Assembly: GCA_050084515.1 (NCBI GenBank)
Contig: CM114271.1
Span: forward strand, 33,108,001 to 33,172,000
DNA from: Blasia pusilla
Taxonomy: Eukaryota
Length of the DNA stretch: 64,000 nt
Direction of reading: 5' to 3'
The first letter of the stretch is position 1. Every line of letters begins with the position of its first letter. Both the position numbers and the translations under genes were made by a program. Positions 26,183-39,044 of this stretch are shown here, piece by piece. Under the pieces are notes generated by a model. The model saw only the letters and a list, made by a program, of their open reading frames with translations, had not been told where the DNA came from and did not search any database.

Positions 26183-26443
26183 GCGATAGATGACCAAGAG
26201 GTTAGTTGAACAAACATAAGGTCCTCTTGGAGAGGTCTTGGGTTCAACTCTCCCCTTGGAGAGTGGGAGGCGGTCTCAACCACACGGCAGTGGCCTCCCC
26301 TACCTAGGGCATGGATGGTCCATGTTCGAGAGAGAGAACGCATTGTGTGCCTTCATGTGTGTGCCTTGACTATGCTCCCAGGTTAAAAATCTGGATAAAA
26401 TTCAAGGCCTTCACAAAAGAAAAACAAGAAAAAAAAACAAAAA
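26183..26443 (+). mobile_element. Candidate tRNA-derived SINE
   Basis: A-box-like TGACCAAGAGG (26191), B-box-like GGTTCAACTCT (26241), a unique body and an A-rich tail (26415-26443). No TSD seen. Confidence 0.45.
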
Positions 26444-26563
26444 CCAAATCTCGTGAGTGAGAACCCCAAATCTAGATGTGAAGGTGCCATGTCGGATGCG
26501 ATGTCAATTTCACATATGTGGAAGGGGTCCCATAGGCCAGATCGGCTTCCCGTGGACTAAAAA

Positions 26564-26609
26564 TCTACTCTACTCTACTCCCTTGTGTGAGGGAGTAGAA
26601 TAGAGTAGA
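26564..26609. repeat. 20-bp inverted repeat (1 mismatch) with Stowaway-like TACTCCCT...AGGGAGTA core
   Basis: TCTACTCTACTCTACTCCCT-tgtgtg-AGGGAGTAGAATAGAGTAGA. Confidence 0.8.
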
Positions 26610-27562
26610 GCCTCTTGAGGTCTATTTTTTGGGTCTCCATGCCCCCTCTTTTGTATCGTGATGGGTTTCCCATCCTTTTTTACATATATATATATATATA
26701 TATATTTTATTCTCTACTATGTGTGAGGGAGAGAGGGTACTTAGTTTAAGTCCTTGCTTCTCTTTGGAGTGACTTGAATGGATGTGTTATCTATGGAGGA
26801 CAAAGAGGATTCTTCCTACATAATGCATCACATAGGCATAAAATACTAGCTATTACTCAAAATTTCCCCATAGCGTCAACTGTTTGCGTATCCATGTCAT
26901 ATAGAGATATCAAATTAGCAAACATAAATCAAATCGTGTATAATTTATTTTTTTGGGGTTCGCTGAAAAGTGAACCTGTAGCGGTCTAAACTATAGTTCC
27001 AAGCGCTCCTGCCTCCTTTCCACAACTCGCGACTAGCCCAAATCTGGCGAAGAACATTCGCGATTATGAGACCGACCTCCGAAGATCATGGGTCTATGAC
27101 ACTACGCCGTATTCGAAAATAAAGCATTTAATGTTTGCGAAACCACTCCCGTAGAGGCGTTGTGTCCACCTTCTTTCGGTCATTATCTGAGTGAAAAATA
27201 ATAATAATAATAATAATGCTGGTATTCAAATTGTGGACAAGTCCAATTCCAGTCCACGAATACGTAGCGATCTCTGCGTACCGACGCGTGCATGATTAGA
27301 AGTTGATGCATTCATTGATTAATCATCATCACATTGTACTGCGTTTGACGTCGTGGCAAACGGCAATTGTACAGGGACTACGACATGTGCGAGGTGATTT
27401 GTGTGTCACCCACGACTCGAAATGGTGATTCGGTGTGGGCCTTAGGGTTGGATTTTCTTTGGTGTGCAATCTTCGGGGGACAATGGGTTAAATAGTTCCA
27501 TTTATGGGGTCCGGGCTCAGCCCATTTTGCGTGGATGGCAAAGTCGAGTTCTGGACATCACA

Positions 27563-27744
27563 TCTATACTATTAAAAGAGTGTGGGCTTTCATGCGGGGC
27601 TTCCTCGGCATGACACGTTTGCACTTTAGGCCCTTCTTGAGTTGATAAGTGGTGGGTTTAACAAGAGTTAATAGTCAGGAGCTAGCAGTTAAGTTAAGGG
27701 GGACGGGGCCGGTTTCACCCGTGCATCGCACAAGCATCGGATAG
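27563..27744 (+). mobile_element. Short non-autonomous Helitron
   Basis: 5' A|TCTATACTATTAAAAG. 3' degenerate hairpin CCCGTGCATCGCACAAG, then ATAG|T (CTAG variant). Sits between A and T. Confidence 0.6.
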
Positions 27745-28714
27745 TCGTGTAGGTAACCAGTGCTAGAGTTCTTGTTGGTGGGTGGCTTACTTTCGTTAAT
27801 TTTTTACGAGACTCGGACACGATTTCTAGGCACACTGGTTCTTTTCTTGGAGAACTTTCAAGGCAAAAGGCTATTTCGTCATTCTAGCAATTTTTTCAAT
27901 AATATTTCCCATGGATTGCAGAAGTATGTCAAAGAGAAAGAAGACATATGATTCTATGCTTGAAGTATTAGATTCTTGACTTTTCAAGAGCCTCCATGTT
28001 TAAAGAAGAAATTTCTTTTCTCAAATGTGTAACACAAAATGAAACTATAATACCTTGGGCATGGCATGAATTCTATACAATTATTAATACGTTGGAAAAG
28101 GATCTAATCCAAGAGGAACGGGAGATCCTTAATTGTGCAAGAAAACTCTTATAATGTTTTTAGTACATATGTGTTCTACACTATCTTTGAATGGACCCAT
28201 AGATTTTTGGAACCAACCTTTTCCTCCTTGCTTTTACCAATTTTAATCTAATATTACAGAGAAATTCATATAACCCAAAAACATTTCAAGATATTTTCAA
28301 TGGATTTCACACTAGTAAGCTAGAAAGGTACTTGTGCATGGCATAGTATGCAAAACTAACCAACCCCTATTTTCAAATTAGACATGTGTTGTTGGGAGGG
28401 GAGGGTATGGTTGACACCACTTCTTGACCATAGGGATACCCTTGTTAGGAGGTAATCCTCTCTCAATAGTATAGATGGAACACCAATTCATAAGTCCATA
28501 ACAAACCATAACGTGTCATTAATCGTGGAAAATCTACACTATTAAGGAACAAAGTGGGTATTCTCTAGCTTCCAAAAAAAATGTGTATCTAAGATTGGAG
28601 TTTGGCTAGTATCCACAAAAGATTACATAACGAGTGAGATGAGATAAAGGCATTGTTGCACATAAATGGACAACTTGGTCCCCATGATGGACATGGATGG
28701 ACAAGTTTGGACAT

Positions 28715-29410
28715 GTCCTCGGATCGAGGTTGTACACAGACAAAATTCGTGTCCGCGGATATGTCCATGTCTGTGGACTTATGTGCATCCCTAGGACAAA
28801 CATGTTGGAGTGCGCCCAAACACCCGCGGCCCGTCCCCGGAGCTCTTCAAGCCCGTATTGGGCATGTGAGTTGGCCTAGCCCACACCGGTTTTGCGGCCC
28901 GTGGCCAGACCCGCACATCATAGGCTAGGTCCCCATTGGGCCCGCTTAGGCCTACACATGGCGAGCCAAAAGTCTGCCATACACATGCCACAAAGTCCGA
29001 TGCGGGCTCGGATAGCCCACGTGCCCGCTACGAGCTCTAAGGGCTCCGATGCGGGCCGTAGATACCTGGGCGATATATCCATGGACATGTTCGTACTTGT
29101 CCATTTCCATGCAACCTTGCCACGGATATGGATTGCAAAAGTTAGGGCCCACTCTTATAGTTTATGGTGGAAGGCAACACAAGGCAAAGCAAGGCAAGGC
29201 AAGACAAGACAAGGAGGGGCGAGCGGGAAAATAAGATGGGAGGGAGTGGAGGTGGAATGAGGAAGAAACGAGAAAGTGCGAATCATGAAGGCAAGTGGGA
29301 AGATGAGAAAGAAGGGGGAGATAGGGCCCACATGGACAAGTCCTTCTATAAGGACGAATGTAAATCCACCGACACGGACTTTGTTTGTATGGAACCTTGG
29401 ATAAAGGGAC
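28715..29410. mobile_element. Decayed MITE-like element with ~50-bp imperfect inverted ends
   Basis: ACACAGACAAAATTCGTGTCCGCGGAT (~28732) is inverted relative to ATCCACCGACACGGACTTTGTTTGTAT (~29364). A related fragment lies at ~18130-18220. Confidence 0.45.
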
Positions 29411-29854
29411 GATGTGAGAAAGGAATTCTTGAGTGGCACACGAGTGCCTCATTACAGGCTTGATATTGGCTACATTATTATGAATAATGTTTCAGTTAGA
29501 CTATTATGTCAATTGTGTTGCACTCTATGGAACCTTGAACATCATCAATTTGAACACTCTTGAATATTCAAAGCCAAAAAAGTTCCATGCATTTTTATTG
29601 TCAAATTTTAACTAGTTGGATGTTGGGCATCCAACTTTTGCAAAGCTTTGACTATCAAGATGATTATGCTAACACTCCAAAGTATTTTCCTTGGTGCCAA
29701 ATATGTTTTATCTAACCGAGAACGCGTCTCCTACCATGAAAACGTCGGAAAGTAGGGATGAAATCCTATTATAAAGATAGGAAAGAAGTTTTGACTTTTT
29801 CTTTAAAACATATTGTTAAAGTTATTTTATATGTATCCGATGAAAGATATATTC

Positions 29855-29926
29855 ATCAGAGTGGCGCAGCGGAAGCGTGGTGGGCCCATAACCCACAGGT
29901 CCGAGGATCGAAACCTCGCTCTGATA
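29855..29926 (+). tRNA. tRNA-iMet-CAT: Initiator tRNA-Met (CAT), plant cytosolic type
   Basis: 72-nt cloverleaf with A1:T72, three G:C pairs in the anticodon stem, anticodon CAT and T-loop ATCGAAA (A54, A60), all initiator hallmarks. Confidence 0.97.
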
Positions 29927-29945
29927 GTCAGAGATGATGCTTCTA

Positions 29946-29954
29946 TTTTCTTTT
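29946..29954 (+). terminator. Pol III terminator T-runs
   Basis: TTTTCTTTT 20 nt downstream of the tRNA. Confidence 0.6.
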
Positions 29955-32900
29955 GATATGTGCGCGGAACTGGTCTGTCTACTTCCAATTTGCCAAGCGA
30001 TTTGCTCGGTGAGCGAAAGCGAGGGAGGAGTTGGAAACAGAGTATCGTGGTAGGTGGAGCAATAGCTTGAGTTGAAGTCGGCGTTTTGCCGGTGGAGGAA
30101 ATTCGGTGGGGTAGGTGGAGCAAGCTTGAATCGATCTGAAACGAGCACTTTGTTGGTAAGAGTTGAATTCTTAAGTGGGATGTGATTCTGGTAGCGATCG
30201 TCATCAAGCGATGAGCATCATCACGGAGAATGTCTGGCTCGGAGTAGCTTGAAATCATGCGTTCTGTGGTTCGGAGTATTTTGAAATGAGGCAGAGTACG
30301 CCGCTGTACGCGCTGAGGGACGAAAGGAATCCGACGGGATTCAAGAAGGAGGACAGTGATACAGGGAGCATCACAAACCCGCGGCAAAATCGACATCATC
30401 TACGGGGAAGTACAGAGTTCGAGAGTCCGGGTCTCATAACGGCGAGTAATCCGGCGGGACTCGTTGTCTAGATCGCCAGACAGGAGAGCCGCAAAAGTAT
30501 CTCTCATCACCTCACTGCTGGCGCCTTGATTTGCGAAATTTCGATAATAGACGGAAACAAGGTACGATTCTCGCCGTACGTGCACTCAAAAAACGGTCAA
30601 CCAATTTCGAATGCCCGGATCACCTTGAGATCAAGGTGCGGAACAGCTACGATATTCCCTGCGTGACCAGTAATGTAGCCTTATAAGGGATGGAGATGAT
30701 GCAGCTCTCTTCCATTTCAGGCAAAGATACTGTACAGAATGAAGCAACTTTTTCCAATCAGAAAGCGAGTAAGGCTCCTGAATCTTACATAACAAAAAGG
30801 TATGGCGGACGAGCACTATTGCGATCGCCTCAAAATATCTCGGGCTTGTAAGCTCGCCCGTCAATCCCCACGGTTTGAAGGTGAAGACTGGAAATATCGA
30901 CACACTGCTTTATTATCATGAGCAGATTATAAGATAGAGCTCAACAGATTGCTCGCCTTGTCTCCGCAGTGTGCGTGCATGTGCTTTTGCGTTTCAAGTG
31001 TACGCGCAGATTGTGTCGGTTCCGAAATCCCCGGCGAGTACCAAATGAAGTAATCTTTCCATTCCAGCCACCGCGCCCTTAAACAGGGGTCTAGTAAAAA
31101 GCGTGGAACGCACTTGGAGACAGCTACCGTATAGATACACTCCTAACCGTCACCAAGACCTCTTAGAATGTTAGAATGAAGAGGTCAGTGGGGACTCAGT
31201 AGTCCGTCGTCATTCTGGTTGTTGCACTCACCATCCATTCAGAGCGTATTTTCCATGGTCAAGAAGCCTTTGATGGGGCGCCGATCACCATATGTATAAA
31301 CGAAGTCTCTTGGTAAACGCATGTTCTTGGAGGTTTCGGGCGATTCACTGGCCAACCAGCGAAGAATAGTCAAGATTGTGGATAGACACTAAGTTATGCG
31401 TACGGCGCCGGGCTCGACACACGAAATTGTCGTAAAAAAGAGAAACTGTCTCCTTCTAGTTGAAGCGCTCTTGAGCATCATGGACTCAATTTTGCAATTT
31501 ATCCTGGCGTTTAGGGCACCCTCCATATAGCACACGAGGGACCGAGGTCAAACGCGCTAGCCTAGGATCTACATGCACTACTTTATTAGTCCCATCTCGT
31601 ATGTATGTACAGTCTCTCCGGTCAATATATTCCAGAAAATTGACCTACTCTGAGGGGACGTCCACCATCTTTTGAATCTCGATCACTGAGCCTAACCACC
31701 GGAGATGATGCGAGATCACCTCAGTAGAACTGGTCCACAGCACAGAAAAATTATATCATGTAGATCGAAGGAAGGTTTCGCTGGAGTTGCTCGAGAGGAT
31801 GACTCGGCATAATGTAGATTCTACAGGTTCTGAACACCCCCTCCTATTGCCGCGATTATAGCTCCAATTTCATTCTCAACATGAGCTCCATTTCGATGTT
31901 TATGATGTGAATTCAGAGGATTTAGATGGAGCGTATACACTACGTGCACTTCGGCCAAGGTAAATGTAAATATCGGTGGTTGATTTTGAAGACAAGTTAG
32001 TACAGAAACATCGTATTCTACTCATCAGGTGTTAACGCCGATTGGCAGAAAGTGGCATTCTTCGGTCCCGACACCCCAGAATTACAACTTAGATGAAGAA
32101 ATTTTTTTCAAGGGGTGTCGATCCGCTCTGGTGTGAGATAACGCAAGACTAATCCCTTCAAATTACTCTCTGGTCTCTCTCGCAATTCGAGATGCTAGGA
32201 ATACCCTGTAGATAGATGCAGCGAGTGAGCAAATCCAATCACCCATCACCTCGTCTGGATAGAACTCGACTGCAGGGAAAAATGTAGAGATCCTTTAAAC
32301 TCATTCGGTAGCCTAAAAACATCATTCATCGATTAAGAAGGCAATCTTCTTTACTCCTGAGTCTGCAGCGTGACTTTACGCGTTAGAATATTAGATTTGA
32401 GAGAAACGGCATTCGGCTCAAGTTAGTACAACATTCACCGGATGCCATACTCCGAGCTCGAGGTATAATATATACATATCTATAGAGCTGGAGGAGGAAA
32501 TCGCTGGACGTACATAAACGCGGCCATCGATCAATGATTCAGATTCTCCTAGCGGTCTGAAATCGATGTCATGGGAATCGGAGGCGTCTCAATGTACGAT
32601 TTCAAATACGGGAACGAACAAGTTCTGAGCTCTTTGCATATGAACTCACCGCTGAGGTACACATTTTGAGGGTGCCCCGCTCTTTTAATGCCATGTCTGG
32701 ATGTACGATCCTTTTCGTGAGCATCGCAGCAGTAGAGGAGAATTCGGAGCTTACGCAGCCATCGATCCTTGCTTCAAAGACCAAGCCTAGGGTGGAGAAT
32801 CTGGGATACGCTTTATGTGAAAGAACCAACCCATTTCTTGGGTTCCGGACCTGGATCCTCTTAGAGTCGTATTGTCAATGTAGTGCTACTGGCAGTTGCG

Positions 32901-33616
32901 AGTTGATTCTACTTCCGATCCTTCATTGAATGAAAAGCTACGCGACAGTTCGTGCGACAGTGCCAAATCTCCTCGCAAGTCAAAACCGTCTGTAAGCCCT
33001 GACCACCACGCCTTCCTTTCTCCGTGAATATAATGTGAAGTCTCCGATTCCATGGACCGCATGCGCTTTTGATTTGATCGAACAAGATTGACCGGCTCTT
33101 CGTAACACAAGCAGACACGGAGGCTCGTTTTGTTTCGATCAGGAGTCAGGACCCACCATGTCGGAACGGTCGGGATTCTTCCGAGTCCCTAGCGGTGCCG
33201 AAACATGTCACTCGAAGAAAGCTCTAGTCGCTGGAGCACGCTTCGCAGCAGTAGCGCTGTGTCGAATTGGCCCCTCGAAATCCCGGTCCGGAAAGCGCCA
33301 CAGTTCCGAACTCATGACGTCGGGAACTCTGTTCGTCCACGCGACCGACGTCCATCATCTCCATCCGTCAACCGAAAACTTCGCGCGAGAGCCTCATGAC
33401 TGGATCTGCTCATGCGTACTGCGTAGCTATTAACCACGTCACGTGGACTACGGTGAGACCGTGGGACTCGCGACCCGCGAGTCTCTTCCGTCTCCAACTT
33501 TCCACGTCATCGCAAACGCCGCGACTCCCGAGATTCTCCCAAATTTCAAATCTCCTTGTTCGCTCCTGTACCAATGAGTACTATTCCGAGAGTAGTCCCG
33601 GGAACTTGGGTTCATA

Positions 33617-33655
33617 AGGAAAGGTTCTTGTCCAGTTGGGACAAGAACCTTTCCT
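33617..33655. repeat. Perfect 17-bp inverted repeat, 5-nt loop
   Basis: AGGAAAGGTTCTTGTCC-agttg-GGACAAGAACCTTTCCT. Confidence 0.9.
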
Positions 33656-34635
33656 CTCAAGAACCTTACTATTATTATATTACCCTTTCTCTCCAAAGTA
33701 TTAATATCCTGCAGAAGTTTCTATTCACTGGTTCTTCGAAATAGAAAAGTTAAGTATTAGCGTTCAGTTCCCGTTCAGATATTAGGTTTTTTGTTATAAA
33801 GTGATTTTAGGAAATTAGCGAGATAATAATAGCATGAAAATATTTACGTCTACCAAGTCCATCCATTTTTTAGCCCCTCATGCGCTCCGCGAAAATAGCT
33901 TCTTCACTTTATGTTGCCTGAGGAGTTCGTACTCATCGCAAGATTTGTCACAAGATAACGTTTGTACTAAAAGTAGGACCGACAAGGTCCATGAGAATTT
34001 GGGAGTTTGCATTAAACTCTTTGCTAAGTTCATCAGAGCGCATGTCGTGTTATCAGGACGCGAGACACGGTATTGTCAAGGTGAGAGGAGGTCGATCTTA
34101 GATACCAATAATGATTCCGATTCGTCACACGAGTATTCTTTATTATGATAAAGATTTGATTAGTCCCGCACATACAGGAAAGTGGAAAAGGTTCTCTAGT
34201 GAGTGTTTGATTTATCGTGTGAATAAAAACTTTATTAATTCCCAGTGAAGAAACCCGCAGAGGGTTGGTGACGGCGCCAAAGGCCGGGGGAGCATTTGCT
34301 GAAGGGAAACTCACTTTTAATGGAGATAATGAATAGCTCTCATTGCTCATTACCTGTGGCCGGAGATTCAAAAACGCTTGACGGGTGGACGACGAGAGTG
34401 GGGACATTAGCGAAATGAATTTATTGACCGATTGATGACAATTTCAACAGTCACGCGTATTCCTCATTCTAATGACGTATTCCTCATGTCAAAATAAGAT
34501 AAGGAAAATAAATAATCTGTCTTCTTTTGTAGCTGTAACGTAGTGGGCATTCTCACAAACTAGCATATTGCCGTATGTTTAATGTCAAAAAATCTTTAAT
34601 GTCTTTAGTTCTTCTTGTTAGTAATTAATTAAATT

Positions 34636-34717
34636 AATATATACACTTTATTATAAAATAAACTTCAAAAGAAGACAAAAAAATAATAAAAACTCGAACA
34701 AGGAGTAAAAAATGCAT
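34636..34717 (-). mobile_element. 3'-terminal fragment of the CRE-like element (copy 3)
   Basis: AATATATACACTTTATTATAAAATAAACTTCAAAAGAAGACAAAA...GGAGTAAAAAATGCAT matches the 3' ends at 41950 and ~15025. Confidence 0.75.
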
Positions 34718-35585
34718 TCAAAAGTTAAATCTTTTGTACACGGGGTGACGGGGAGGTTTAGAAAAGGTAAACATGAGATGAGGGTTTTCCAAACTAATAT
34801 AGACTAAGCTTCAATAAGAAGGATAAGAAACTTTTTAGACTTCTTTTCTTTTTGGGACTCTTATAATAACCATTCTAATTACAGTACCCTCTCTTTCTTC
34901 CACTGATTTTTTATTTTTACATTTCTAGTGGGATATGTTAAGATTGGTGAATAGTACAATGTCACACGGGCATGCTTCCAAAATTAAGTAATGCCTGAAA
35001 AAATCTTCCATTTGTGTCTTTGGAGATAATTATACTATTACCATGTGACTGGCTTTCGCGGAGGGGTTCCCTCACACACTCAAGGGAAAGGAATGAAGGG
35101 AGAAGTTAATGGAAAGACGCAAGTGAGAGAAGGGGAGGGGGGTCTTTTGGATTTTAATTTCAAATTTACTTTAGGACTAGATATTACATTTCTTCATTGA
35201 TTTAAATTTTATTTTTTTAAATCTTAGGGGACTATTTTTTAAATCATCCCCATTCGGTTTTCTTAAGTTTTTATATCCCTTTGAATTCGAAAATGGAAAA
35301 TTTTGATAGTCTTAGGTGAGGGAAATTTTATTTGAAATTAAAAATTATGAGATTAAACTTTACCAAGCAAGAAGGTTATCGTGCCCATACTCATTGCTAC
35401 ACAACATATATCGCTATCATCAAATACACACACAAATACACAAGATACAATACTAATTCATAGCATTTAAACATCGAAAAAACCAAGTACCAAAAATATC
35501 TTCAATTAAATCACAAACATTCAAATGTCTAATGTGTACACGAACGCCATCTCTCTCTCATGTCAAACCAAACCCACTCTCCTAA

Positions 35586-36587
35586 TGTCGCGACCCTCAT
35601 GACCAAAAGAGTGCCAAAGCGGAACATCGGAACATTAGCGGGCTCACGCTAAGATGGTTTGCGCGTTGGAGTGGTCTCGAAGAAGAGACAAGAGACGGGA
35701 CGCAAGCGAGGCTTCGCGTTTCAGATGTTGTGGTCGCGACTGAGAAACCTGGACCAAACGCGGAACAAGACTTGAAAGGAGTTGAGTCTAGAAAGTGGGT
35801 TGCTAAAGGGAGGAATCCGGATTTTGGACGCCACTAGCGTTTGAGAGTTTCTGACTGTATTCATGGCCATAAATTTTAGTGCCAAGATGCGTTTGGATTG
35901 AACAAGATGCGTTAGAGGGCTTATGGAAAGCCGGTTCAATCGCACTAAAGATCTTTGCAAACGCATAATAAACGGCTGAAAAAAACCCGAAAACGAATGT
36001 AAGTAGAGTCGGGTTGAGGGCCACAATGAAGGGCCCGACCCTCCTTTTCCAAAGTTGGGGGGTTATTGAAGAACCCCAGAAGTACTAGTAAGAGGGAAGA
36101 TCTCCAAGAGTGCTTGGAACTCGAACCCCACTTTGGGCGCCACGGGGCGGCTCAAGGGCATAGAACGGATCGAGAGTTTGGGGTTGGGTTGGAAAACCTT
36201 AACCAAGTCTATGGAGGCAATTTTAGACATCCCTCTTGGATTTCACCCCGCGACTCAATTACTTGGGTCTCGGTTTGGAACTCACACAAGGTCCGTTGAA
36301 CATTTGGGATCGCTAGGCGTGCAAGTGCCGTTTTAGGTTCTTGGACTAATTAGGAAGTCTGTTCCAAGTCTTGAAGGACTTGCCATGTTTTGGAAACTAG
36401 GAAGTAAGGAAGGTTGAGCTTGATGAGATGCCGAGTTGAGAACTCGGTGGGTTGGAACACTGGTTGGCCCAGACCCGACTAACGAGAGTGCGTGTTTGGG
36501 TGGAGATCGGCGATGAGATCGTGTCCTACTGAACATACGCTTCCGCAACAATAAATATTGACGTTCAAGGAGAGTAGGGGCGCGACA
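35586..36587 (+). mobile_element. Solo LTR of the gypsy family with 5-bp TSD
   Basis: TGTCGCG...CGCGACA termini, similarity to 22378-23406 throughout, and perfect CCTAA direct repeats at 35581-35585 and 36588-36592. Confidence 0.93.
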
Positions 36588-39044
36588 CCTAATGAGAGGC
36601 TTGGATTACTCACACAGTAATGAGGATCATAACTCCGCCGTCTCATGGCAAGAGGTTCAACAAAGAGATAATGAGCTCCCAAGCTCTCTCCTTGGTATAT
36701 CCCTTTCCTTCTCCTAAACTTTCTCCATGATAATCTATGCTTGTAAATCAACTCCGTGGCTCTTGAGATGATATAGGGGTCAAGAGCCATTTACCAAAGT
36801 GGAAAGTCAATTCTACTCCAAACTATAACTTACCTGGAATAGTATGTTTTTCTATGTAGCTCCAAATTGAGCCGAAACAAAGAAGAAACCTACTTTCTCA
36901 AGTTACCCAAGGCCTAAGCAAGTCATCTTCAATCCCTTGAGGTTATCCTCTCATATCCTCGGAGACACTCTACCAAAAATTTTTGATCTATCCTAAAAAA
37001 ATTGACAATGTGCACAAAATGATGTTTATAGAAATTTTCCAAATTTCTTAAATTTGATACACTAAAGAATTTTTTAAAATACGTAAAATGAGTTTTCACT
37101 CTTAAAAAATTTAAAATGTGCATTTTACTAGTTTTTTTTAAATCTATTGTATTATTTGGATATTTTCATTTTGTCCACATTAAACTTGAGAAAAAAAATT
37201 TATCACATGGATAACGAAAAAAATTTAGAGACCACCCCCTACATATGGTCAAACTTGAGCAATCAATTCAACTTCATGCAAAACGAGTTTCACAACAGTT
37301 TCACACATATGTCAAGTTCTCTTCTTGGCTTGTAGTTGGATAGAACACTAGTGCCCTTTTCACTCTTCTTAGTTCTTGTCCTTTATTTAGAAAGCCTTCC
37401 AACTCAATTCTTTGTTTTGGGAAAGGGAAAAGTCTATTCCCTCCTTCTTAAATGCTCTTCTTTATCTCTCTAAGTTGATTAAAAAAATGCCCTCCCAAAC
37501 TTTACCTCATCATTTGGAAAGACAAAGAAGCATCCCATTCTCCCTCATCCCTTCCTCTCATACCTCTCTTTTTTACTTTCTTGTTGAATTCTTACTAATG
37601 TATACCATCTTTACTATTGGAATGATTACATTTGTACTTTTGAGCCATGGCACTTAACTAAAAAAATCCTCCTAAATGACATGAATGGAAGATAACCTGT
37701 TAAAATCTAATACAATTTACTCGGTCTCCAATTAATTTAGAAAATTATTATAAGGTTGTGAAAGAATGCAAAATAATATGTTGCAAATATGGGTACATTT
37801 CCATATATCAAAAACATATTCTGAGAAAATCTCTTTTACACATTCTCTTAACCCGTCATATTTCTTTTTCATCTCATTTTGTTCTAATATCTACTTTTAC
37901 GTAATTGTAAACAAAACCATTAAGCGAGCCGAAGCCGTAGCGACAGTCCTTTATAAGAACATCGGCACTGGAGTCCCGCTAAAATAAGTCGAGATGAGAT
38001 TAGTTACGCCGCTAAAGTTAACATAACAGATATCGGATCGTTCCTTCCGCTTGCCGATCCAAGCCAACTGGCGCGGCGGATGCCGCAGCCATCGCCGAAG
38101 AAGCCGGAAAGTAGGTGGGGCCCGCCGGGAAATCGCGCAATCGCGAACTGGCTGACTGACAGGCATCGCGAGTCTACCTTCCGCGCTCGCACACATGAAT
38201 GAATGAATGATTGGCCCGAGAACTAGAACTAGAACTGCGAGTCCGAGGGAGCTCCAGGTCTCTTTCGAAATCTCGTTTCTACGAGCGAGTCGTGCACCAC
38301 ACCCTGCGGGGCCTGGTTTCGTTGCCGATTTCGCCTCAGGGCACTCACTAGTCGGCCTCCGTGCGTAGAGGTGAGGTGACTCGAGAATTCATTTCACTTC
38401 CTCCGGTAATCGGCGGCGGGTAAGACGCTCACGGAGCGAATTCCCACCTCAAGCGACTCAGATTTCTGCCCGTTCAACAAGCGTTCGCGCGCTAGCTGAA
38501 TTCTACCGCAGTGGTGGTTCCTCCGGCACCAGGACATTGTGGAAATTAGGAGGGAGCGAGACGTCCATCATCGACTTGGGTTGTGTTTCAGCGCTACAGC
38601 CCGGATAGGGAGAATTCGTTGACAGGCCCTTTGTGTGCCTTTCCTCAGCGGTTCAGTTGGGGCGGGGTTGGATCCGTGGACTGAGAGATAGGCATATTGT
38701 CAAGGGAGTGGTAGAAGAAATCGTGAAGCGATCAAGGGAATGGAGTGGAGTGGAGTTGAGAATAGGGAGTGGAAGTAAGAGGTCAATCGAAAATATAACT
38801 GAAGTTATTTTCCCGCAATCTTGAGCATCCGGGAGAGAGCGATACGCTCGAGCTGTGACATGTTGAGGTCGCGGACGATTCTGTGCGGAGAGACTAGGAA
38901 GTAAGCGATTTAGAGTGGATCGATTTCACGCGCTTGAATTTCATTTGAATCGACTGTTCAGAAGCGGGGAGCTCTGTCGAGGTTCGTGGGCGGCGATTTC
39001 GAGCACGCATCCGCTGAGTTGATTTCTCTGTGGGAGTAGTAGAA

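Noticed and set aside
29827-30399. 190-aa ORF on the - strand
   Set aside because: It overlaps the tRNA antisense and has no motif support.
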